DNA from: a bacterium
GTDB taxonomy: Bacteria; Bacteroidota; Ignavibacteria; UBA10030
Direction: 5' to 3'
Assembly: GCA_043803945.1 (NCBI GenBank)
Contig: JAZDJN010000007.1
Coordinates: forward strand, 1-39,050
DNA length: 39,050 bases
Part shown: positions 10,192 through 20,082 of the stretch, one piece after another
Layout: each line of letters begins with the position of its first letter
How positions within the stretch are numbered: position 1 is the first letter of the stretch
Made by a program: the position numbers and the translations under genes
Notes under the pieces: generated by a model
The model's database searches: none
What the model was told of the DNA's origin: nothing
What the model saw: only the letters and a program-made list of their open reading frames with translations

Positions 10192-12660
10192 ATGAAAAAG
10201 AAAAAATCATCAGCCTCCGGGATTTCACTAAAACCTGCAGCCAACCATAAATCCTTACCGATCGAAAAACTTCGCTGGAACTGCACTGCTTCCTCTTTGA
10301 AGATCAAATCGAGTGAAGAGGTTGAAGCAAGCCGTGATATTATCGGGCAGGAGCGTGCGTTACGTGCACTCCAAGTCGGACTCGCGATGAAACACTTCGG
10401 ATACAATATCTTTGTTACCGGGATATCCGGAACCGGAAGAACGACGACAATTAAACGATTGCTTCATGAGTTCGAGCAAGGGCATGCCGAGCTCAAGGAT
10501 CATTGCTATGTATATAATTTCGAGCATCCCGATCAACCGATGTCCATTTCGCTTCCCGCTGGACAGGGAAAAGCGTTGAAAGATGACATGGCGAACTTTG
10601 TCCGAGATCTCTTAAAAGATATCCCTGCAATCTATGAAGGACAGCGATTCCAGAGTGCGCGGAAAGCGATACTCGCTCATTTTCAGGATCGTCAAAAAAG
10701 TGTACTGCAGGAGTTTGAAAAACGTGTGAAGGAGCGTGGGTTTGAACTTGTTCAGGTCCAGGTGGGAAACTTAACTCGCCCCGATATCATGCCGGTGGTT
10801 GGTGAAAAAACTTCGACATTCGATGAACTGGAAGCATTGGTGCAAAAAGGAGAGTTAACCAAAGATCAGTTCGATACTTTCAAGGAATCTCAAGCTGTTC
10901 TCGAAAAACAAATGTCGAGTGTCTTTCGCGAATTGAAAAATATCGAACGTAAGGTTCAGGACTCTCTCCAGGAGCTGGACGAACGATTTGTCATGCCTGT
11001 TGTCAACGATGCCATACAAGTTCTGAAGACAACCTACGATGATAAAAAAGTCCATTGCTATCTGAATGATGTCTCTGCCCATGTGCGGGAGAACCTCGAC
11101 CGCTTTCGGAAACCGCAGCAGCACACCCATCAGCAAAATGAACAGGAGGAACCGGAGGAGGATGATTTCTTTGAATTCCAGGTGAACCTGCTTGTGGATA
11201 ACTCCAGGACGGAACACATCCCGATTGTGCTGGAGACAAATCCAAAATACAAAAATATTTTCGGGACGGTTGAGCGAGTGCTCGAAAAGGGCGGTGTGTG
11301 GAAGACAGACTACATGCAGATCAAAGCCGGCGGGCTGCTCCAGGCCGATGGAGGCTATCTTGTGCTGAATGCACTGGATACGCTTCTTGAACCCGGTGTC
11401 TGGCAGGATTTGAAGCGAACCCTGAGGACGAGTAAAGTCGAAATCCATACACTCGAACCGATGTTCGGATTTTCACCAACAGGAATGAAACCCGAAGCCA
11501 TCGAGTTGAATGTCAAAGTGATCATGATCGGTGATGGCGAGATTTATTCGTTACTCTATTCCCGTGACGAAGACTTTAAGAAAATATTTAAAATCCGGGC
11601 CGACTTTGATTATGAAATGCCGCGGGACAACGAGGCTGTTCAGCACTATCTCCGTTTTATTAAAATGGTGGTGGAAGATGAGATACTCCGTCATTTCGAT
11701 CCACAGGCCATGTCGGCACTCATTGAATTTGGCGTACGGCTTTCCGGGCGTCAGAAAAAAATATCGACACGCTTCAACATGATCGCTGATGTTATTCGGG
11801 AAGCAAATTACTGGGCGCAAAAGGATAAAGCAAAAATTGTCTCGAAGCGCCATGTCAGGAAAGCTATCGAAGAACGCATCTATCGTGTGCGGCTTGTGGA
11901 AGATAAAATTCAGGAAATGATACACGATGGAATTATTTTTATCGATACACAAGGATCAGTCGTCGGCCAGGTGAATGGACTTGCCGTGTACGACATGCCG
12001 GAGCATTCATTCGGCCGGCCGTCGCGCATTACGGCAAAGACCTCGCTCGGCCGAGCAGGCGTTATCAACATTGAACGAGAGGCGGAGATAAGCGGCCCGA
12101 TCCACAACAAGGGTGTGGCAATTCTCAGCGGTTACCTCCGCAGTAAATTTGCACAAACCAAACCGCTCATCATGAGCGCGAGTATCACATTTGAGCAATC
12201 GTACAGTGGCATTGATGGCGATAGTGCTTCATCCACTGAGATGTACGCCATCCTCTCCAGTCTGAGCGAATGTCCGCTTCGTCAGGATATTGCAGTAACA
12301 GGATCGGTTAATCAAAACGGTGAGATTCAGCCGATAGGTGGAGTTAACGAAAAGGTCGAGGGATTTTTTGATGTCTGCCGCATCCGCTCATTGACCGGTA
12401 CACAGGGGGTGATGATTCCGGCTCAAAATGTTGGCGATCTTATGCTGAGGGATGATGTCGTTGAAGCGGTTAAAAAGAAAAAATTCCACATTTATGCCGT
12501 CACAACTGTTGAGGAAGGGATTGAAATTCTCACGGGAGTGAAAGCGGGAAAACAAAGAGCGGATGGGACCTTCGAGTCTGGAACACTCTATGAGCTTGCC
12601 GATAAAAAGCTTTCGCGATTTGCTGAGGAGTGGAGAAAGTTCGAATCCGGAAAAGAGTAA
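10192..12660 (+). CDS. Lon-like protease, LonC type (degenerate AAA+ domain)
   Basis: IIGQERA, degenerate Walker A GISGTGRT and Walker B YLVLNA, Ser-Lys dyad DGDSAS / GGVNEKVEGF. Confidence 0.9.
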   Translation: MKKKKSSASGISLKPAANHKSLPIEKLRWNCTASSLKIKSSEEVEASRDIIGQERALRALQVGLAMKHFGYNIFVTGISGTGRTTTIKRLLHEFEQGHAELKDHCYVYNFEHPDQPMSISLPAGQGKALKDDMANFVRDLLKDIPAIYEGQRFQSARKAILAHFQDRQKSVLQEFEKRVKERGFELVQVQVGNLTRPDIMPVVGEKTSTFDELEALVQKGELTKDQFDTFKESQAVLEKQMSSVFRELKNIERKVQDSLQELDERFVMPVVNDAIQVLKTTYDDKKVHCYLNDVSAHVRENLDRFRKPQQHTHQQNEQEEPEEDDFFEFQVNLLVDNSRTEHIPIVLETNPKYKNIFGTVERVLEKGGVWKTDYMQIKAGGLLQADGGYLVLNALDTLLEPGVWQDLKRTLRTSKVEIHTLEPMFGFSPTGMKPEAIELNVKVIMIGDGEIYSLLYSRDEDFKKIFKIRADFDYEMPRDNEAVQHYLRFIKMVVEDEILRHFDPQAMSALIEFGVRLSGRQKKISTRFNMIADVIREANYWAQKDKAKIVSKRHVRKAIEERIYRVRLVEDKIQEMIHDGIIFIDTQGSVVGQVNGLAVYDMPEHSFGRPSRITAKTSLGRAGVINIEREAEISGPIHNKGVAILSGYLRSKFAQTKPLIMSASITFEQSYSGIDGDSASSTEMYAILSSLSECPLRQDIAVTGSVNQNGEIQPIGGVNEKVEGFFDVCRIRSLTGTQGVMIPAQNVGDLMLRDDVVEAVKKKKFHIYAVTTVEEGIEILTGVKAGKQRADGTFESGTLYELADKKLSRFAEEWRKFESGKE

Positions 12661-12677
12661 TTGGAGGAGAACATGCA

Positions 12678-12820
12678 GATTGCAGATAGCAGGATGCAGA
12701 TAAACCTTGAAGCTGGGAGGTCGATAGACTCGCCTCTGGCGAGGAGTTCCGCTCCCGACCTGAAACGTGAGACGAGAAAACGGAATACTGATTGCCGATG
12801 GCAGGATGCAAATAAACCTT
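12678..12820. repeat. 31-nt imperfect direct repeat (28/31 identical) flanking a palindromic core
   Basis: GATTGCAGATAGCAGGATGCAGATAAACCTT (12678-12708) vs GATTGCCGATGGCAGGATGCAAATAAACCTT (12790-12820); GGTCG...CTCGCCTCTGGCGAG...CGACC lies between them. Confidence 0.6.
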
Positions 12821-12998
12821 CCTGCAGCATGGATTCGTTGTATGTTATTAGTGTCAGTTAAATCGTTGCTGAATATGTTGTAATTGGCCCTTGTTCCAGA
12901 GGCAATCAATGAAAATTTGCTATTCGTATACCGGCTTGCTATACTTCAGGTGAATAGTACCATTGATCACCTCTTACGACATAGGAAGAGAGACTACC

Positions 12999-13691
12999 AT
13001 GCGAATCTTTTTACTCTTTCTTGTGACGCTCATGGTCTCCACGTTATTGTTTGGACAGACCGAGAGCACTAATCTTGATCCCTTTCCGAAAGATCAATTC
13101 CAATCAGCACATTCTATGGGCAGATATTCTAAAAGTCTAATCCGGCCCGTCGTCGGCTATGGCAGCTTTTCCTTCGGCGATGAATCGCGATCGGGACCCA
13201 TGGTGACTATACAATATATACCGAACCGCCTAATGAATCCCAGCATCTACCTCTCTGGCGGTGTAATGCTTCGTTTCAGAAAAATTGAATCTGTACCAGA
13301 TTACGAATTCAATTCCAGCCGGAGTCTGTCTGGCTCGACGAGGTTTCCTAATCTCGATGCCATCGACAATGGTTATGACAGCCGGTTGCAGGTGCAAACA
13401 GCACTTGGATTTGTGGGATCGGGTTTGATTTATTATTTTGCTGAAGGAGATATTGCACCGTATGCCGGACTTGGTATGGTCCTTCCTCTCTGGACATATT
13501 CCAGTCGAATCAACATGGCACTTGCCCCTGAAGCAAAACTAGGATTGGATGTCCGTTTCAAGGATTCATTTTCTGGATTTATCGAGGTGCGGCACATGGT
13601 TGGCGTACCGACACTTCTAGGTTCAGGTCCGAAATTTGATGGATTGACAAGCGTTTCAATTGGAGCTTCATTCGCGCCAAAGCTGAAATAG
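12999..13691 (+). CDS. Hypothetical secreted outer-membrane beta-barrel-like protein
   Basis: Signal peptide MRIFLLFLVTLM, amphipathic strands (PYAGLG, GFIEVRH, VSIGASF). Confidence 0.6.
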   Translation: MRIFLLFLVTLMVSTLLFGQTESTNLDPFPKDQFQSAHSMGRYSKSLIRPVVGYGSFSFGDESRSGPMVTIQYIPNRLMNPSIYLSGGVMLRFRKIESVPDYEFNSSRSLSGSTRFPNLDAIDNGYDSRLQVQTALGFVGSGLIYYFAEGDIAPYAGLGMVLPLWTYSSRINMALAPEAKLGLDVRFKDSFSGFIEVRHMVGVPTLLGSGPKFDGLTSVSIGASFAPKLK

Positions 13692-13790
13692 CTTTACGCT
13701 GAAGATACAAAGATCTGGATGTCATAAACACCAGCCTGCTGCTTGCCGCGGGAGGGCAAGCAGGGATTTCCAAACACGGTAGCGATAAAG

Positions 13791-13817
13791 AGTCCGGCAG
13801 ATGTGTCGGACTTTTTT
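13791..13817 (+). terminator. Rho-independent terminator
   Basis: AGTCCGGCA-GATG-TGTCGGACT stem followed by a T-run. Confidence 0.65.
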
Positions 13818-13880
13818 CTTTCTCCCCAATTTTATAAAGAGACGAGATTTTACTGTTTTCGAAGGTCTCCGGATTAACAT

Positions 13881-13909
13881 TTGAGGTTTGATGCTGCATA
13901 TTGTATATT
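13881..13909 (+). promoter_or_regulatory. Putative sigma70 promoter for the K+ transport operon
   Basis: TTGAGG-17 nt-TATATT upstream of ATG 13944. Confidence 0.45.
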
Positions 13910-13943
13910 GAACCCGTTTTTTAGACCAAGGAAAAGAGCTTCA

Positions 13944-14933
13944 ATGAAGACTCCAAAAAAACTTCTTCAGATTATGGGCCTCCTGGTGATGATCTTCCTG
14001 ACGGGATTGGTAGGGTATCGTCTCATCGAAGGGTGGCCATGGTTTGATGCTCTTTACATGACCGTCATCACGCTGGCAACCGTTGGTTATGGAGAAACAC
14101 ACCAGTTGAGCAACGCCGGCAGGGCATTTACCATTTTTCTCATTCTGGGAGGAATGGGAATTATTCTTTATGGCATTACCGAGGTAACATCCTTTATCGT
14201 TGAAGGTGAAATGAGTGGATTCCTCAGGAGGAGAAGAATGAATAAGCTAATCGGCAAACTCTCGGGTCATTACATTCTCTGCGGCTATGGTGGCGGTGGG
14301 CATTATGTGCTCGAGGAGATGATTCGAACAAAACGGAAATGTGTTGTCATCGAGAAGGATTCTCATAAAGTACACAAACTGCTCGAAGAAGATCATCTCG
14401 TTGTTGAAGGTGATGCCACCCAAGACCCGATTCTTTTGGCTGCCGGTGTTGATCGTGCTGCCGGATTAATTACGGCGATGCCGACCGATATGGATAATCT
14501 TTTTGTCGTCATCAGCGCACGCGGTTTAAATCCCAAGCTTCGGATTATTGCAAAGGTCCAGGATATTGCCTCCCGGGAAAAGTTCTTGCGCAGCGGGGCC
14601 GATGCAGCAGTCTCTGCAAGCTATATTGGCGGATTGAGGATGGTATCCGAACTGGTGCGGCCGGAGACGACGAGTTTTCTCGACACGATGCTTCGGGACG
14701 ACTCTGCGCTTCGCGTTGAAGATGTCAAGGTGGGGCAGCGATCTAAAGTGCTGGGAAAATCCATTGGCCAATGTGAACCATGGAGCCAACACGAAGTAAT
14801 TCTTGTTTCCTTGAAGAAACAGGAGATCTTCCATTTTAATCCTTCAAAAGATTTGATCCTCGAGGCAGGTGATACCCTTGTTGTCATCGGGAATCCCGAT
14901 CAATTGCACTCCTTGCGAGAAGCGTTAGGATAA
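13944..14933 (+). CDS. Potassium channel with TrkA-N/TrkA-C (RCK) domains
   Basis: Selectivity filter TVGYG, 2 TM helices, ILCGYG Rossmann motif, C-terminal GDTLVVIG. Confidence 0.93.
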   Translation: MKTPKKLLQIMGLLVMIFLTGLVGYRLIEGWPWFDALYMTVITLATVGYGETHQLSNAGRAFTIFLILGGMGIILYGITEVTSFIVEGEMSGFLRRRRMNKLIGKLSGHYILCGYGGGGHYVLEEMIRTKRKCVVIEKDSHKVHKLLEEDHLVVEGDATQDPILLAAGVDRAAGLITAMPTDMDNLFVVISARGLNPKLRIIAKVQDIASREKFLRSGADAAVSASYIGGLRMVSELVRPETTSFLDTMLRDDSALRVEDVKVGQRSKVLGKSIGQCEPWSQHEVILVSLKKQEIFHFNPSKDLILEAGDTLVVIGNPDQLHSLREALG

Positions 14934-14945
14934 TGCATAAACAAT

Positions 14946-16946
14946 TTGAAAGGAATGTTTTTGGAAACGGATTCTAATCTTAAAGGACGCGTAAAATCTG
15001 CATTGCTTGGGCGTGCCCGTAATCCCCTTGATCCGCATGTCTTTCACAAACTCTCGCTGATTGCATTCTTCGCCTGGGTTGGCTTAGGCGCTGATGGACT
15101 CTCCTCCTCGTCGTATGGACCCGAAGAGGCTTATAAAGTTCTGGTCGGCCATGAGAATCTCAGTATTTTTATCGCCATCGCATCTGCAATTACGATTTTT
15201 GTCATCAGCCGAAGCTATGTCGAAATTATTGAGCTCTTTCCTTCCGGAGGCGGTGGATACGTCGTCGCCAGTAAGTTGCTAAGCCCTTATGCAGGGATGG
15301 TTTCAGGAGCAGCCCTCATTATCGACTATGTTCTCACAATTACTGTCTCGGTAGCGTCCGGTGTCGATGCCCTGTTGAGTTTTCTTCCGGCAGGGTATCA
15401 GCAATATAAACTCATTGGCTCAGTGCTGGGAGTCTGCCTCCTGATTGTTCTAAATCTCCGGGGGGTCAAAGAATCTGTTTCCGTACTCGTTCCGATCTTT
15501 ATCTTGTTTGTAGCAACGCATGCGTTCGCGATTCTCTATGCCCTTGTTTCACACGCGCTTGATTTACCGGCTGTTACTCATCGAGTAACCACTGACCTGA
15601 CTCAATCGATGACGCAACTCGGCGGCTGGGGTGTCCTGTTTTTGATGTTACGGGCATATAGCATGGGAGCTGGTACGTATACGGGCATTGAGGCTGTCAG
15701 CAATGGGATGGCAATTCTACGAGAACCCCGGGTTGCCACCGGCAAACGGACCATGCTCTACATGGCGGCATCGTTGTCGGTGACTGTGGTCGGGCTCTTC
15801 CTTGCGTATCTGTTATATAAAGTCGCACCCGGCACAGAGAAAACACTTAATGCTGTGTTGTTTGAACGAATGTCAGAAAATTGGAATCCCTCGGTAGCTT
15901 CGACATTTGTAATTGTGATCCTCTTCTCTGAAGCCGCCCTCCTTTTCGTCGCGGCACAAACCGGCTTCCTGGATGGTCCCCGGGTGATGTCGAACATGGC
16001 TCTCGACCGCTGGCTGCCGCGAAAATTCTTTTTACTAAGCGATCGCCTTGTGACGAAGAACGGTATTCTCGTTATGGGCCTCAGCGCCATTGTGATGATG
16101 CTTGTCACAAATGCCTCCGTCACATTCCTCGTGGTGATGTACAGTATCAATGTGTTTCTCACCTTTATGCTCTCTCAATTGGGTATGGTACGTCACTGGT
16201 GGCTTGTGCGGCAAGAGCAACCCAACTGGGAAAAGAAATTGGTCGTGAATGGCTTTGGTTTATGCTTGACAGTGGTCATCTTTATTTCCGTGGTCATCCT
16301 TAAATTTAATGAGGGTGGTTGGATGACGGTTCTCTTCACGGGCTCGTTTATCGCCTTTGTCATCATGGTCCGCAGGAAATATTCCAAGACCCAGCAATTG
16401 CTGAGCCGGTTGAAAGATTTGGAAACGATGCTTCAGGAGGAACTTGATTCGAAATCATCAATCGCCATTCAACCGCCTCCCATGAACACAAAGGCAAAAA
16501 CAGCGGTATTGCTCGTGAATGGCTATAATGGGTATGGACTCCACACTCTCTTCACAAGTCTGCGGACATTTGGAAAGACATTTGAAAATTATGTCTTTGT
16601 TGAGGTGGGAGCCCTTGATGCAGGTACATTCAAAGGGACAAAGGAAATTGCCAACCTTGAGCATCAGGTGGAGGAGGATTTAAAAAAGTACACCCGCTAT
16701 ATGCGTCATCAGGGATATAACACCGATGCGTTCCATTCTCTTGGAGTTGATGTCATAGAGGAAATTTCCAAGCTTGCCGATCAGGTGCTGAGAAAATATC
16801 CCAATTCGGTCTTTTTCACCTCGCAATTAGTGTTCGCGGAGGAGACTTTCTTTACACGTCTTCTGCATAGCTTCACGGCATTTGCCATCCAGAGAAGTCT
16901 GTATCACAAAGGAGCGTCGGTCGTTGTCCTGCCGATCAGGGTGTGA
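14946..16946 (+). CDS. APC-family permease, KimA/YdaO-like K+ transporter
   Basis: GADGLSSSSYGPEEA, GGGGYVVA, YTGIEAVSNG, many TM helices and a cytoplasmic C-domain ending RLLHSFTAFAIQRSL...VVVLPIRV; start may be 14955. Confidence 0.88.
   Translation: MKGMFLETDSNLKGRVKSALLGRARNPLDPHVFHKLSLIAFFAWVGLGADGLSSSSYGPEEAYKVLVGHENLSIFIAIASAITIFVISRSYVEIIELFPSGGGGYVVASKLLSPYAGMVSGAALIIDYVLTITVSVASGVDALLSFLPAGYQQYKLIGSVLGVCLLIVLNLRGVKESVSVLVPIFILFVATHAFAILYALVSHALDLPAVTHRVTTDLTQSMTQLGGWGVLFLMLRAYSMGAGTYTGIEAVSNGMAILREPRVATGKRTMLYMAASLSVTVVGLFLAYLLYKVAPGTEKTLNAVLFERMSENWNPSVASTFVIVILFSEAALLFVAAQTGFLDGPRVMSNMALDRWLPRKFFLLSDRLVTKNGILVMGLSAIVMMLVTNASVTFLVVMYSINVFLTFMLSQLGMVRHWWLVRQEQPNWEKKLVVNGFGLCLTVVIFISVVILKFNEGGWMTVLFTGSFIAFVIMVRRKYSKTQQLLSRLKDLETMLQEELDSKSSIAIQPPPMNTKAKTAVLLVNGYNGYGLHTLFTSLRTFGKTFENYVFVEVGALDAGTFKGTKEIANLEHQVEEDLKKYTRYMRHQGYNTDAFHSLGVDVIEEISKLADQVLRKYPNSVFFTSQLVFAEETFFTRLLHSFTAFAIQRSLYHKGASVVVLPIRV
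16816..16946 (+). repeat. Left copy of duplicated permease 3' end (attL-like, in-frame in the intact gene)
   Basis: Colinear and ungapped with 31700-31830; 92/131 nt and 38/42 aa identical by manual codon alignment. Confidence 0.92.
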
Positions 16947-17009
16947 GAGAGAGTAAGGGTGTTGATTGATATTGACAATGGATGGTAGGACTTTGCGCAT
17001 CCTTGATAC

Positions 17010-17038
17010 TTGAATCTTGATTTCAAAGCATCTATATT
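17010..17038 (+). promoter_or_regulatory. Putative sigma70 promoter of the cas operon
   Basis: TTGAAT-17 nt-TATATT; RBS GGAGGT at 17081-17086 before the cas6 ATG. Confidence 0.55.
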
Positions 17039-17092
17039 GGCATTAGTAAGTTTTGTGTCATCGAGTCTCACCACCTTTCGGGAGGTGCACCG

Positions 17093-17890
17093 ATGCGCCT
17101 TTTACTTGCCTTAAAACCGTTACAAACCGCATGCACAATTCCGCTTAACTATGCCTATTACCTCTCGTCGGCGATCTACCGTTGGATAGAGATTTCATCA
17201 CCTTCGTATGAAAGATTCTTGCACGAAGAGGGTTACCTGTTGGAAGGCACGCTTCGTCGTTTTAAGCATTTCTGTTTCTCTCAACTCTTTATCGAGCATT
17301 CGCGAATTGCAGGGCAGGAAATTTTCATCAATGGTAGTGCGATGCATTGGTACATCAGCATGCCGGTGGAAAAATCGTTGCAGCATCTCGTGATAGGCAT
17401 GTTTGAGAGTCGGGAGTTTTATATCGGGAATAAAGTCAACCGATTTGCTATCCATTCTGTTGCTTCGGTTTCCGATCCGCAGTGGCAGCGGGGGATGAAA
17501 TTCAAGCTTCTTTCTCCGGTCACTGTTTCAACGATGAAGGAACATAACGGCAAGCTGCAGCCACACTATCTCCTGCCGGACGACGGAAGGCTCGGCGAAT
17601 TACTGCGCTCTAATATCATCAACAAATACATTTCACTCTACGGTGAGGAACCGGATGATACGGAATTCACGTGCACGCTGGACCAGAGATATATTGAACG
17701 GAAACAGGCGGCAGGCAAGCGTATCACGACACTGACGACTATTAAACAGGGACTTCCGGAAGAAACCCGCGTGCGGGGATTTATGTGTCCACTGACTATT
17801 GAAGGAAACCCTGGATTGATCCGATTAGCATACGAAAGCGGATTGGGGGAGAAGGGGAGTATGGGATTTGGGATGATGGAAGTGGTGTAG
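17093..17890 (+). CDS. cas6: CRISPR endoribonuclease Cas6
   Basis: FLHEEGY, FKHFCFSQL and C-terminal G-loop GLGEKGSMGFG. Confidence 0.95.
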   Translation: MRLLLALKPLQTACTIPLNYAYYLSSAIYRWIEISSPSYERFLHEEGYLLEGTLRRFKHFCFSQLFIEHSRIAGQEIFINGSAMHWYISMPVEKSLQHLVIGMFESREFYIGNKVNRFAIHSVASVSDPQWQRGMKFKLLSPVTVSTMKEHNGKLQPHYLLPDDGRLGELLRSNIINKYISLYGEEPDDTEFTCTLDQRYIERKQAAGKRITTLTTIKQGLPEETRVRGFMCPLTIEGNPGLIRLAYESGLGEKGSMGFGMMEVV

Positions 17891-17969
17891 GACGTATCAC
17901 CGATCCGTTGTATGTAGGGCGAATCGCTGATTCGTCCAGTTTAAAAAGCAAGATGAAAGGACTTTGTGT

Positions 17970-18122
17970 ATGGACACAAAAAAAGTGACGTTCAAGTGCG
18001 AAGTCATCACGCCGATGTTCCTTGGAGGTGCTGATCCAGATAAACCGGAGTTACGTCCTCCTTCCATACGCGGCGCTATGCGGTGGTGGTTTAGAACGAT
18101 GATCATGAAACACGAGATATGA
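17970..18122 (+). pseudogene. cmr1: Truncated Cmr1-like RAMP N-terminal fragment (50 aa)
   Basis: Not in the ORF track. RBS AAAGGA then MDTKKVTFKCEVITPMFLGGADPDKPELRPPSIRGAMRWWFRTMIMKHEI*, which carries the Cmr1 N-terminal signature TP.F.GG...ELR.PSIRG..RWWFR. Confidence 0.8.
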
Positions 18123-18138
18123 AAGGAATTATTTACAG

Positions 18139-20082
18139 ATGAAATACTTACTTACTCTAAGCATAGGTCCTGTTCAAGACTTTATTGCCAGTGCGCGAAG
18201 AACACGAGATCTATGGTTCGGCTCATGGCTTTTGAGCGAAATCTCAAAGGCCGCGGCGAAGAAAATACGAGATGACAAGGGTGTGCTTATCTTCCCTTCA
18301 CCCCCCCATCTTGAGAAAGATTTACAACCTGACAGTGATTTCAGTGTGGTTAACAAACTCCTCGCGCAGATCGAAACAAGTAACATCTCAAGGTTCTGCG
18401 ATGATATCTACAGCGTCATGTCGATGCGGTTGGGAGTGATCAAAGATGACGCCTTCAAAGAACTAAAGGGGTTAGTCATCCACCGGACAAACGCGAACGT
18501 ACAAATTTTTGACTTAATAGAGTTCTACTGGGCAGCACAACCTCTTGATGGAACCAGTTATGAACTCGTGCGAAAAAAGACAGAAGCCCTACTTGCCGCG
18601 CGCAAAGCCACACGCAATTTTAAGCAAGTTACTTGGGGGCTTAATGTTCCCAAATCTTCAATTGACGGTCTACGCGAATCGGTGATTGATGAATCCGTCT
18701 TTGACCGACTTGACGACAACCAGCTTACCGACGGCCACAAGTATGGCGTTCGAGGGAAAGAAAGATTGTGCGGTGTCGGCTTGCTTAAACGACACGGCAA
18801 GCCAATCAAGAATGCTCAAGGCGTAGACAGCTTTTTCAGCACCTCTCACGTTGCGGCATTGCCATTACTGAACCGGCTTAAAGACAAAGGTGTAGTCGAA
18901 GAATACTTGAATGAGCTCAAAAGAATCCTCGGCATCGGAGATTCAGAAATCAAGGCATATCTTGGTCATGTACCCCAGGGCGCCACGCTCAAGACGCACA
19001 GATTCTTTTGTAATAATGACGGTTCGTTGCTTTATGACGGACATTTGCTTTTCAAAGAAAGACTATGCGAGTTTTTCCTCGATGAGAATACACGAAAAGA
19101 AGCAGAAAAGGCTTTAAAGTCTTTTTTAACGAAGGCTTTCGGCGAGGAAAAATATCCGCATCCTTACTACGCCATCTTGCACGCTGATGGCGACCGCATG
19201 GGGGCAGCAATTGACGAGCAAGCAAAGAAGGGTTATCAAGAACATCAAAAACTCTCACAGGCTCTCAGCAAGTTTGCAGGCAAAGTCAAAGAGATTGTTG
19301 AGAGAGGACACGAAGGCTCTTGCATTTATTCGGGGGGTGATGATGTCCTGGCCTTGTTGCCTTTGCACACGGCTCTACAATGTGCGCGTGTTTTGGCCGA
19401 TGAATTTCAAGACGTATTGAGGGATTTCAAAGATGAAGATCGCAAGACACCAACACTCTCCGTTGGCATTGCTGTAGGTCATCACTTGGATCCTTTGCAG
19501 GAAACTCTTCGATTGGCGCGTGAGGCAGAAAAGGTTGCCAAGAAAGAAGTTCCAAACAAACAGGCACCGGAGAAGAATGCCCTTGCAATTATCTTGAGCA
19601 AGCGAGGCGGTGCAGACCGGACGGTAAAAGGCTCTTGGGATAAGGGCAAAAGCGAAGGAGCGCTGGATTATCGCTTGAATCGTTTTGTTTTCCTGTTTTT
19701 GAAAGATGAATTGCCGGATGGAGCAGCCTATGAGCTGCACGATTTGGCTTTGCGACTCAAACTCTCGAACGGTGCAACGAATGAGCAGAAAGATATTCTG
19801 CTGGATGCACAGCGCGCTGAGGCAAAACGCATCTTGAAACGCAAAAAGCCGAAGCATGGGGAGAAGAAAACCATCGCCGATGATGTGTATAAATATCTGC
19901 ATGGCCTGATAGACTCTCCCGCGCTATCGCTTGAAGAACTTTCAAACGAGATTATCGTAGCACGCGAGTTTAAGGAAGCCTTTGAGCAAGCGGGAATAGA
20001 CGCTGAGAAGTTCGCCGCGGACAATGGGATCATGACCAAGAAAGAAAGCATCGATGACCACTCGGAAGGAGCCAAGAAATGA
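18139..20082 (+). CDS. cas10: Type III-B Cas10/Cmr2, no HD domain, intact palm GGDD
   Basis: Starts directly at IGPVQDFIASARRTRDLWFGSWLLS; YYAILHADGDRMG; YSGGDDVLAL. Confidence 0.95.
   Translation: MKYLLTLSIGPVQDFIASARRTRDLWFGSWLLSEISKAAAKKIRDDKGVLIFPSPPHLEKDLQPDSDFSVVNKLLAQIETSNISRFCDDIYSVMSMRLGVIKDDAFKELKGLVIHRTNANVQIFDLIEFYWAAQPLDGTSYELVRKKTEALLAARKATRNFKQVTWGLNVPKSSIDGLRESVIDESVFDRLDDNQLTDGHKYGVRGKERLCGVGLLKRHGKPIKNAQGVDSFFSTSHVAALPLLNRLKDKGVVEEYLNELKRILGIGDSEIKAYLGHVPQGATLKTHRFFCNNDGSLLYDGHLLFKERLCEFFLDENTRKEAEKALKSFLTKAFGEEKYPHPYYAILHADGDRMGAAIDEQAKKGYQEHQKLSQALSKFAGKVKEIVERGHEGSCIYSGGDDVLALLPLHTALQCARVLADEFQDVLRDFKDEDRKTPTLSVGIAVGHHLDPLQETLRLAREAEKVAKKEVPNKQAPEKNALAIILSKRGGADRTVKGSWDKGKSEGALDYRLNRFVFLFLKDELPDGAAYELHDLALRLKLSNGATNEQKDILLDAQRAEAKRILKRKKPKHGEKKTIADDVYKYLHGLIDSPALSLEELSNEIIVAREFKEAFEQAGIDAEKFAADNGIMTKKESIDDHSEGAKK

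Noticed and set aside
13692-13943. c-di-AMP (ydaO) riboswitch upstream of the K+ operon
   Set aside because: Only a small palindrome and a terminator were seen, upstream of the candidate promoter; no recognisable ydaO motif. An Rfam scan would be decisive.
16947-17092. CRISPR repeat remnant or terminal inverted repeat at the left island end
   Set aside because: Only a short ATTTCAA match was found; no convincing repeat copy, TIR or target-site duplication was seen.
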